From NCBI GenBank assembly GCA_050248615.1, contig JBFWSA010000045.1, positions 1 to 15,905 on the forward strand: 15,905 nt of DNA, written 5' to 3'. This DNA is from Simkaniaceae bacterium (GTDB lineage Bacteria > Chlamydiota > Chlamydiia > Chlamydiales > Simkaniaceae). The notes below the pieces were generated by a model. The model had not been told where the DNA came from. It saw only the letters and a program-made list of their open reading frames with translations, and searched no databases. Each line of letters begins with the position of its first letter. Position 1 is the stretch's first letter. Of this stretch, positions 6,861 to 14,011 are shown piece by piece. Both the position numbers and the translations under genes were made by a program.

Positions 6861-7748
6861 ATGGCTACTCATATTTTACCAACTCAACCATCTGTGTCAC
6901 ATGACCCTTTAGGGGATATGGAGGGACCAGAATTACAACTACCTAAAAATCAAGAGACTGAATTAACTGAGCTATTAAGTAGCCACATTCAGAGTCAACC
7001 AGAGACTTCTCAGAAAAAAAGGGCCTACTTTTGGATCAAAGCCAAAACGGGTGATGAAGCTTTTTTTGGAGCAACTGAGGAAAGAGATCGCAAGATGAAT
7101 ATCAAGATTTTGAAGAAATGTGGATATGACGTACAGGTATTTAGATCCAATCGCGCATTTTTTGATCATATCAAAGGGGATCCTTCGAAGGTTGACTTAT
7201 TGGTGATCAGTGGGCATGGCCTTCCCCATTTATTAGAAGATATTAGAGTGAAAGAGGGCAAAGTGGTGAGTTGTGATGAGACTTTAACCCCTGATGAGAG
7301 GGAAAATGGTTTTTCCCAGGTAACCTCTTTATTCAGTGAAAAGTCCATTGTGGCATTAGATGCTTGCTTAACGGGTAACAAAAGTATTGATGCAAATCTA
7401 GCCAAGGTGATTTCTAAAACTGCGCCTCAAACGAAAGTTTTTGCTTCTCAGTATGAGACGCGGTGTGAGCCCGGTTTTATGTTTGAGGAAGATGAGACGG
7501 GAAAACCTGTAGTGAGTTCGATCATGTATCAAGCGGCCGAGCGTAACTTAATACCCTCAATGCCGGTTGTCTATCAGAACGGAGAAGAGCTAACGAAACA
7601 AGAGGCGGTCCCCTTTCAATATCCACAGAGACAAACTCAAAGAATGAACCCTTATGTAAAAGGGGGAGTGATTTTGGGAACGTTGATGACCGTTATTGGC
7701 GTGGGAGCTTGGCTTTTCAGTAGATATCAAGGACAAGCAACTATCTAG
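6861..7748 (+). CDS. Caspase/hemoglobinase-fold (clan CD) cysteine peptidase-like protein with C-terminal membrane anchor
   Basis: Hydrophobic strand plus SGHG (His codon 7215) and hydrophobic strand plus DAC (Cys codon 7365): VDLLVISGHG ... IVALDACLTG. C-terminal TM segment GGVILGTLMTVIGVGAWLF. Start placed at ATG 6861 after SD-like AAGGGGA. Confidence 0.7.
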   Translation: MATHILPTQPSVSHDPLGDMEGPELQLPKNQETELTELLSSHIQSQPETSQKKRAYFWIKAKTGDEAFFGATEERDRKMNIKILKKCGYDVQVFRSNRAFFDHIKGDPSKVDLLVISGHGLPHLLEDIRVKEGKVVSCDETLTPDERENGFSQVTSLFSEKSIVALDACLTGNKSIDANLAKVISKTAPQTKVFASQYETRCEPGFMFEEDETGKPVVSSIMYQAAERNLIPSMPVVYQNGEELTKQEAVPFQYPQRQTQRMNPYVKGGVILGTLMTVIGVGAWLFSRYQGQATI

Positions 7749-9180
7749 GAGAAAAAGCTTCAAAGGCCTCGGAGTTATCACTATCCGTTTCATCCGTAGG
7801 TGTGTAGTTGGCAAATTGTGCAAACTCTTTGCGGTAGGCAACTTCAATACTACCCACCTTTCCATGGCGGTTTTTCCCAATGATCACTTCAGCGAGGCCG
7901 GGCTTATCGTAAGGGTCATAGTACTCTCTTCTTAGAAGAAACATGACAATATCTGCATCTTGCTCAATCGCTCCTGATTCACGGAGATCGCTCATCATAG
8001 GGCGGTGTCCGGTGCGCTCTTCAACTTTTCTAGAGAGTTGAGAGCCGCAAAGGACAGGAATATTCAGCTCGCGCGCTAAGTTTTTAAGAAGGCGGGAAAT
8101 TTCGGAAATTTCATGCTGTCTACTATCACTATTGGAATAGGATCCCGATCCTGACAAAAGCTGAAGGTAGTCAATGACAAGCAGTTGGATATTATGGGCC
8201 TCTTTCATCCGACGCGCTCTTGCCCGTAGATCAGTAATTTTTAGCCCGGGTTGATCATCGATAATCAGGGAAGTTTTTTGCATCGAGTTAATCGATTCTA
8301 CAACACGCTGGAACTCTGCTCCATTGAGAGAACCCGTTTGAATTTTTGAAGATTCTACTTCTGATTGAGAACAAATCATCCGGTGTAAAAGTTGCTCTGC
8401 GCTCATCTCAAGGGAGAAAATTCCGACAGGCATTTTATGGTTAAAGGCGACATGTTCTGCAACATTGAGGGCAAAAGCGGTTTTACCCATCCCCGGACGT
8501 CCAGCTAGAATGATAAGATTTGAAGCGGCAAGGCCATTGATGATTTTATCAAGATCACTAAACCCCGTGGGAACGCCGGTGAAGGCTAGGGCATCTTCTC
8601 CTTTTTCTAGATAGGCCTCTTGTCGCCCTTCCAATTCTTTCAGATAGGGGAGACCCGATTCTGCTTTTACCCCGGAGATAATGTCTTTGATATGTTTTCC
8701 AGCAGTTGCATTTGTCTGCTGGGAAATAGCAAAAAAGGTCGCTTGTGCATCATCAAGAGCTCCATGAACATCAGAGGGTTCTTCAAGGGCTCCTTTTTCA
8801 ATCTCTTGAGCGGCATAAATCATCCGTCTTAAGATCGATTTGTTCTTGATAAGCTCGACATATTCTTCTATGTATGCAGATGTTCCTGCATACTGGGCAA
8901 GAGTTGTCAGATATCCCACTCCCCCGATAGATTCCAGCTTCTCGACTCTTTTCAGCTCCTCTGCAACTAAATGAATATCTGCAGGCTTGTCACTTTTAAA
9001 CAGAGCTTTTAAAACATCGAAGATGATTTGATGTTCTGTGTAATAAAAGTCTTGGGCATAAAGGGCATCTGCTGCAACATTTAAGCTGTTGACTTTGGTG
9101 AGCATACACCCAAGAACCATCATCTCAGATTCTTTTGAGTTAGGCGCAACTTTAACTTTAGCTTTTTCTTTTTCTGCCAT
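7741..9180 (-). CDS. dnaB: Replicative DNA helicase DnaB
   Basis: Motifs GVPTGFSDLD, Walker A GRPGMGKT, FSLEM, IDYLQL, SQLSR, SDLRESGAIEQDAD and KNRHG. The start is more plausibly ATG 9180 (MAEKEK...APNSKESE) than 9240. No intein. Confidence 0.98.
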   Translation of the reverse strand: MAEKEKAKVKVAPNSKESEMMVLGCMLTKVNSLNVAADALYAQDFYYTEHQIIFDVLKALFKSDKPADIHLVAEELKRVEKLESIGGVGYLTTLAQYAGTSAYIEEYVELIKNKSILRRMIYAAQEIEKGALEEPSDVHGALDDAQATFFAISQQTNATAGKHIKDIISGVKAESGLPYLKELEGRQEAYLEKGEDALAFTGVPTGFSDLDKIINGLAASNLIILAGRPGMGKTAFALNVAEHVAFNHKMPVGIFSLEMSAEQLLHRMICSQSEVESSKIQTGSLNGAEFQRVVESINSMQKTSLIIDDQPGLKITDLRARARRMKEAHNIQLLVIDYLQLLSGSGSYSNSDSRQHEISEISRLLKNLARELNIPVLCGSQLSRKVEERTGHRPMMSDLRESGAIEQDADIVMFLLRREYYDPYDKPGLAEVIIGKNRHGKVGSIEVAYRKEFAQFANYTPTDETDSDNSEAFEAFSPR

Positions 9181-9286
9181 AAGTCCCCAATTTAGCATCT
9201 CTAAAAATCTTAGGCAACCGGAGAAAAAATGCCTTTGCATTTTTTAAATTTGCAAGTATCATCTTTTGCAAAAAACACTAGATAGC

Positions 9287-10126
9287 ATGTCGGTATATCT
9301 TCCCACAACATCCGCTTTTCAATGGATGGAAAGTCATCTTTCCACGGCTGTTCAACGGGAATTGCATCAAAACACGCGGGGTGAAGATTTTTGGGGGAAG
9401 GTCATTTTTCCTCTGACACTTTTAATGACTCCTTTCTGCATTGTTGCAGATATTGTAGTGGGGGTAGCCCATATTGTTTTGAGTGGAGTGAAGGGAGAAT
9501 TAGATGAAGAGTTGTTTTGGAAAATTTCGGATCGCCATTTTTTTGTTTATCCTTTTCAACAGATCACGTTCTTCTTCTTTAGCATCATTGGATCGATTTA
9601 TTATCTTAACTATGTAGATGGGTATTTGGTTGGCCAGCAATGTGTGATGGAATTTTCTAATGAGGCTTATCAAGGCCCCCCTGAAATTTTCAATAGAATC
9701 TATTACCGGATTGGTCAGTTTGAGCCTTTTCCTGGTCTCCATTTAAACGATCATGATCGCAATAAATTGAGAACATTTAAAGAAGACGCAGCCCGTTTTG
9801 CCTATCAATTTTCAAAAAAGAGTCAGATTCCTGATTCAGAAGATAGTCGAGTAGGACCCCTTTTAAAACGGATTAAGAATGCTGAATCTGTTTTTCAAAT
9901 TTTTCTTCAAGAATCTCCCCAATCGATGTATCTGGTTACGGAACAGTTTAAAGCGATGAAGAGGGAGATTAAAGAATCACAAGCACTGGAATTTTCACAA
10001 AAAGAGCAGATTCTTACTTATCTCCACTCTGCTCATGATGCCATGAGCTCTTTTTTTCAAATTCCCTATATTTACCGCACCCGCCTTTTAGCCCCTTTTC
10101 CTCAATTGCCAGGCATCCGCGCATAA
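9287..10126 (+). CDS. Hypothetical membrane protein with two hydrophobic segments and a possible degenerate J-like C-terminal domain
   Basis: Long ORF (alternative start TTG 9266) with hydrophobic segments VIFPLTLLMTPFCIVADIVVGVAHIVL and FFVYPFQQITFFFFSIIGSIYYL, and a helical C-terminus. Confidence 0.7.
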   Translation: MSVYLPTTSAFQWMESHLSTAVQRELHQNTRGEDFWGKVIFPLTLLMTPFCIVADIVVGVAHIVLSGVKGELDEELFWKISDRHFFVYPFQQITFFFFSIIGSIYYLNYVDGYLVGQQCVMEFSNEAYQGPPEIFNRIYYRIGQFEPFPGLHLNDHDRNKLRTFKEDAARFAYQFSKKSQIPDSEDSRVGPLLKRIKNAESVFQIFLQESPQSMYLVTEQFKAMKREIKESQALEFSQKEQILTYLHSAHDAMSSFFQIPYIYRTRLLAPFPQLPGIRA

Positions 10127-10155
10127 AAAAAGCGAGCTTCCTCAGGGAAACTCGC
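10125..10155 (-). terminator. Intrinsic terminator downstream of tRNA-Ser
   Basis: The minus strand reads GCGAGTTTCC-CTGA-GGAAGCTCGC-TTTTTTT, a GC-rich stem plus U7. The hairpin also sits just after the stop of the convergent + strand gene. Confidence 0.85.
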
Positions 10156-10164
10156 AGGATGATA

Positions 10165-10251
10165 CGGAAAGGGAGGGATTCGAACCCTCGGTACCCTCGC
10201 GGATACGCGTCCTTAGCAGGGACGTGCCTTCGGCCACTCAGCCACCTTTCC
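10165..10251 (-). tRNA. tRNA-Ser (anticodon GCT)
   Basis: GGAAAGG/CCTTTCC acceptor stem, D-arm TGGCTGAGTGGCCGAAGGC, anticodon arm CGTCC-CTGCTAA-GGACG, long variable arm, T-loop GGTTCGAATCC, discriminator G. CCA is not encoded. Confidence 0.98.
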
Positions 10252-10396
10252 TTATAAGAAAAACTCAAAACTCAGGTTAAGAAATTTTACAAAACGTAAC
10301 ACATCTCTTCCCTATGAAGGGTATTTGAAAAGATGGTAAGCGATGTGGGGAATATTATTCAACGCGTTCTCATAGAAATCTAACCCCGAATTCGCG

Positions 10397-11326
10397 TTAT
10401 TCAATAAGGTTAGAGTGGGGAATCCGTTTTCCGTTAAGAGCGTTCCAATGGGTGGTTTGACAAGACCCATCAGGATTTTTTGTAGTGATACAATAAACAG
10501 GAAGGAAGATATTTTGCGTGTTACGAATGGCAAAGTCATCCCCAAAAGCGGATTCTGCAGCTTTGATAATCTGTTTAGAGGAATAGCGACTCGCGAGGCT
10601 TTCGGTTTGTTTGATGTTTTTAGTAACCAAAGGTTCAGAGATATAGGTCGATGGTTCCACAGTGATCACAGGATTATGGAGATGGATACGGAAGAACTCT
10701 CCTTGATGAATGATCAGTTTTTTCTTGTAGGTTCGTTCAATCCAGGCTTCTAATAGATGGGGGTCGAGATTGAGAGCATTCTGAAGGGATTGGCGGGTGG
10801 CTTTCCCTTTATTTTTTGCAATGGTTTTTAGGATTTGATACTCATAACGATCAGCATTAGCATTCATACAGTCAGAAAAGCCGTGGGTTTTATCCCAGGT
10901 CCGGGTATCGATAATCATTTCTCCATCAACCTGATCCCAAAGAATGACACCCTCTTCTGTTTTAGCATCTTGGCTTGTAAACTTGACCTCCATGAGCACA
11001 TAAGGATGGTATCTAAGGATAGGCTCTTTAATGGGTTCGCTCTCGTTAAAGAACTCTTCATTCTGAATGATTTGATTGGCAGTAAAGCGTGCTTCAAGAA
11101 TAGATAAGTTTCGTGTATAGATCATTTCCAATGCTTTATGCTTTAGTTCTGGTTGATTATTATTAATCCAATAAACCCCATAACCTATACAAATTAGTAT
11201 AATTAAAGTTGATAAAAATCGCATAAATTTATTTTTTTTGAACTTCTCGTGCTTATTTTTATACTGGTTGAGAGGATTTTTGTCCAAATTAAGATTGTTT
11301 GGGGGAGGATATCTAAAATTGTCCAT
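10397..11326 (-). CDS. Hypothetical protein with N-terminal membrane anchor and an internal winged-helix-like segment
   Basis: 309-aa ORF (possible start at ATG 11224, MRFLSTLIILICIGYGVYW). Internal segment YQILKTIAKNKGKATRQSLQNALNLDPHLLEAWIERTYKKKLI resembles a wHTH. It resembles conserved chlamydial hypothetical proteins, from memory and unverified. Confidence 0.75.
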   Translation of the reverse strand: MDNFRYPPPNNLNLDKNPLNQYKNKHEKFKKNKFMRFLSTLIILICIGYGVYWINNNQPELKHKALEMIYTRNLSILEARFTANQIIQNEEFFNESEPIKEPILRYHPYVLMEVKFTSQDAKTEEGVILWDQVDGEMIIDTRTWDKTHGFSDCMNANADRYEYQILKTIAKNKGKATRQSLQNALNLDPHLLEAWIERTYKKKLIIHQGEFFRIHLHNPVITVEPSTYISEPLVTKNIKQTESLASRYSSKQIIKAAESAFGDDFAIRNTQNIFLPVYCITTKNPDGSCQTTHWNALNGKRIPHSNLIE

Positions 11327-11407
11327 TCTATACTCGCCAAGCTTTTCTCTCTCCCTATAGCGAATAACACCATTTCTGAAAAATAAATGGTCTCACTTGG
11401 GGGGGGA

Positions 11408-12205
11408 CTACCAGTGGCGGAGCTTAATGTGGAGGAGGGCGTAGGATAAGAAAGGATCGCGCACATGGGCCCGAATGGTTCGCTCTCCAAGAGAGACGTT
11501 CCAAAAGCCTTGAAGAAGAGCCATTTCTAGTTGCTCAGGAGTCATGGAGAGATTTTCTATTATCGCTTCTGAATATTCTCGAGATGGCTCAGATTCTGAG
11601 TGGACTTTGCACACAATAACAGGGACAGTGGTAGAAATAATGCCACTGTCTATCGCAATTGTTCCTAAAAGAAGGGCATCGTCTAAGACGTAGCCTGTTT
11701 CCTCTTGGAGCTCTCTAGCAGCGGCTTCACGGAGAGACTCTCCATTCCGGCGCATCCCTCGGGGAAGCTCAATCTCCCAATTGCGGGTTGCATGGCGATA
11801 GTTCAGGTTGACCACGATTTTCTTTTCTAAAAGAGGGGCAATGGCGATCCCGGGAGGGCCATCAAAGCCACTTTTCCAAACAATGCGATCGTAAGTCCCA
11901 TAAATTCCGAAAGGGAAAATCACCCCATCTCGAATCCAATAGAGATATTGATCTTCTGCAACAATCCCTACACGACTCCACTCATGGGCCAGGGTAGGGG
12001 GGACGCCCTGATGTAGGAGACGCTTTTCTGAGGTTTCTTGGATTTCAAGAATAATTTCGGGATCCAGGACAATTTCAATTTCATCTTTGAGATGGTTGCC
12101 TAAAGGGCCAAGTGTTTTAGGATGAGCATCCATCAAGGAAAGATACTCCTCTAATTGAACACTAAAGAGGGGAAGGGAAAATAGAAAAAGAAGAAGAAAA
12201 CGCAC
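11408..12205 (-). CDS. Nudix hydrolase (ADP-ribose pyrophosphatase-like) with N-terminal signal peptide
   Basis: Nudix box GMRRNGESLREAAARELQEETGY (GX5EX7REUXEEXGU), preceded by YRHA...WEIELP. The GTG start overlaps the pepF stop (TAGTG). Signal-like N-terminus MRFLLLFLFSLPLFS. Confidence 0.9.
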   Translation of the reverse strand: MRFLLLFLFSLPLFSVQLEEYLSLMDAHPKTLGPLGNHLKDEIEIVLDPEIILEIQETSEKRLLHQGVPPTLAHEWSRVGIVAEDQYLYWIRDGVIFPFGIYGTYDRIVWKSGFDGPPGIAIAPLLEKKIVVNLNYRHATRNWEIELPRGMRRNGESLREAAARELQEETGYVLDDALLLGTIAIDSGIISTTVPVIVCKVHSESEPSREYSEAIIENLSMTPEQLEMALLQGFWNVSLGERTIRAHVRDPFLSYALLHIKLRHW

Positions 12206-13947
12206 TAGAAAACCTCCTGAGAAAGTTGGATGAAGGTTTTTACATCTTTTGTGATGACATCCAAACCCCGTTGCCAGAAATCGGCTTTACGAAGATCCAT
12301 TTGAAGATGGGAGTGAGCAAGGTCCTCAACGCGCATCCGTCCTGTATCCTCAAGAAGAGCCCAATATTTATCTTCAAAGTTGTCTTCTGATTGGGAAAGG
12401 GTATAGATTCCTAAACTAAAGAGATATCCAAAGGTGTAGGGAAAGTTATAGAAAGGGACATCGGTAAAGTAAAAGTGCATTTTTGCTGCCCAAAATAAGG
12501 GATGGTAGGTTTCTAAGGCTCCTCCAAAGGCTTTTTTCTGGGCTTCTTCCATAAGGAAGCAAAGTTTTTCTTGAGAGACAAACCCTTTTTTTCGCTCTTC
12601 ATAAAAGGTGGTTTCAAAAAGGAATCGAGCATAGATATTCATCAAGTAAGCAACAGCGCGACTGAGGTGATCATCGAGAAGGTAAAGACGCTCCCTGGGA
12701 TCTGTTTCTTTTTTGATTGCAGCTTGTGTGACAATCATTTCGGCCATGGTTGAGGCGGTTTCTGCCACATTCATTTTAGGATGTTGTGCCATTTCGGGAA
12801 GGGGAAAAATCACAAGATTATGAAAGGCGTGACCGAGTTCATGGGCGAGGGTAAAGAGGTTGGTCATAGTATTGGAGTAGGTCATGAAAATACGGCTTTC
12901 TTTTTTGAGCGGTAGGGCTGTGCAAAAGCCTCCAGGACTTTTGCCTCTCCGGTCTTCGGCTTCAATCCACCCATCTTCTAAAGCTGTTTTGGTAAAAGCT
13001 GCCATTTTGGGGCTAAAGTGCTCAAATTGTTCGATGATGAAGTGGGCAGCCTCATCATAGGAGATTTGTTTGCTTACGCTGCCAAGAGGGGCTTCTAAAT
13101 CAACCCAACTCAACTTCTCTAGTTTGAGTAAAGCTGCTTTACATTTAAGGTATTCGATAAGAGAAGCCTGGTTGGCTTCGATGGTCTTCCACATTGTCTC
13201 CAAAGTGGTCGATTCCATCCGGTTTTCTTCTAAGGGCTCCTGTAAAAAGTTTGTCCATCCTCTTTTTTTATAGACCTCTAAACGAAAGCCCCCTAAATGG
13301 TTGAGGATTTGAGCAAAAAGAGACTCATGTTTCGTAAATTCTGAGGTGATACTTGCAAAAGCTTCCTCACGCTTCTTCCGATTGGAATCAGCCATTTTAT
13401 TTTCGATCTGACCAAAAAATAAGCGCTCTCCTTGAAAGGGAAAGGTCATTTCTCCAATGAAGGAGCTCCAGACTTGTGACCAACCATGATAGCCGTCGAT
13501 CATTAAGTCATTGATGAAGGCTTCTTCTTTGAAGCTAAGCTTTTCTTGGGATAAGAGTCGTCTTTCCTTCAAAGCAAAAGCGATTTCTTGATGATTTTGC
13601 ACAAGAGTATCAAACGCTTTATCGGAAAGATTTTTGAGTTTTTCATCAAAGAGAAGCATGCAGTTTTGATAAGCAGTCATTAAAGTACGCATCTTAGAGT
13701 CTAAAATGCGTGCCTGGGTATCTTTGACATTTTGTGCAATGAGGCAGCTTACAAAAGCCTCCATTTCCCGAAGCTCTAGGCTAATGGCTTGGGAAAGAGA
13801 AATCCCTTGAGAGAGCTGTTCATCGTGGAAGCATTTTTCTAATTCTTTCAGCTTGTTTGCCACGTCTTTGTAGGTTTCTTGAAAAGAAGAAGAGGCACTT
13901 CCTCCTTTAAAGAAACGTTCTATATCCCAAACTTGTGGGAATTTAAT
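12205..13947 (-). CDS. pepF: M3B family oligoendopeptidase F
   Basis: Zinc motif TLAHELGHAFH, KSPGGFCT, AETASTMAE and HFY...FYNFPYTFGYLFS. The frame stays open upstream of the track's GTG (13863) through KFPQVWDIERFFKGGS. The start is tentatively placed at ATT 13947 and is uncertain. Confidence 0.9.
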   Translation of the reverse strand: MKFPQVWDIERFFKGGSASSSFQETYKDVANKLKELEKCFHDEQLSQGISLSQAISLELREMEAFVSCLIAQNVKDTQARILDSKMRTLMTAYQNCMLLFDEKLKNLSDKAFDTLVQNHQEIAFALKERRLLSQEKLSFKEEAFINDLMIDGYHGWSQVWSSFIGEMTFPFQGERLFFGQIENKMADSNRKKREEAFASITSEFTKHESLFAQILNHLGGFRLEVYKKRGWTNFLQEPLEENRMESTTLETMWKTIEANQASLIEYLKCKAALLKLEKLSWVDLEAPLGSVSKQISYDEAAHFIIEQFEHFSPKMAAFTKTALEDGWIEAEDRRGKSPGGFCTALPLKKESRIFMTYSNTMTNLFTLAHELGHAFHNLVIFPLPEMAQHPKMNVAETASTMAEMIVTQAAIKKETDPRERLYLLDDHLSRAVAYLMNIYARFLFETTFYEERKKGFVSQEKLCFLMEEAQKKAFGGALETYHPLFWAAKMHFYFTDVPFYNFPYTFGYLFSLGIYTLSQSEDNFEDKYWALLEDTGRMRVEDLAHSHLQMDLRKADFWQRGLDVITKDVKTFIQLSQEVF

Positions 13948-13973
13948 TGTGGCATCCCGTTTTATTGGGCAGT

Positions 13974-14002
13974 ATTATAATGGGTTAAAGTTGCACCTGC
14001 AA
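13974..14002 (-). promoter_or_regulatory. sigma66/sigma70-type promoter for pepF-nudix (TTGCAG-17 bp-TATAAT)
   Basis: On the minus strand, -35 TTGCAG (14002-13997), a 17-nt spacer and -10 TATAAT (13979-13974). The -10 is part of the palindrome ATTATAAT. Confidence 0.65.
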
Positions 14003-14011
14003 GGAGAAAGA

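Noticed and set aside
9181..9240. ORF-track N-terminal extensions of dnaB (9240), mutL (13949) and the protease (6807)
   Set aside because: The extensions overlap promoter elements and precede the family-typical N-termini or SD-supported ATGs at 9180, 14012 and 6861.
10014..10268. 84-aa minus-strand ORF (MSFSYKERWLSGRRH...)
   Set aside because: It is a translation of the tRNA-Ser gene and its terminator, a classic spurious ORF.
10125..10400. tRNA-associated integrative element or att duplication
   Set aside because: I found no integrase and no repeat of the tRNA 3' end elsewhere in the window.
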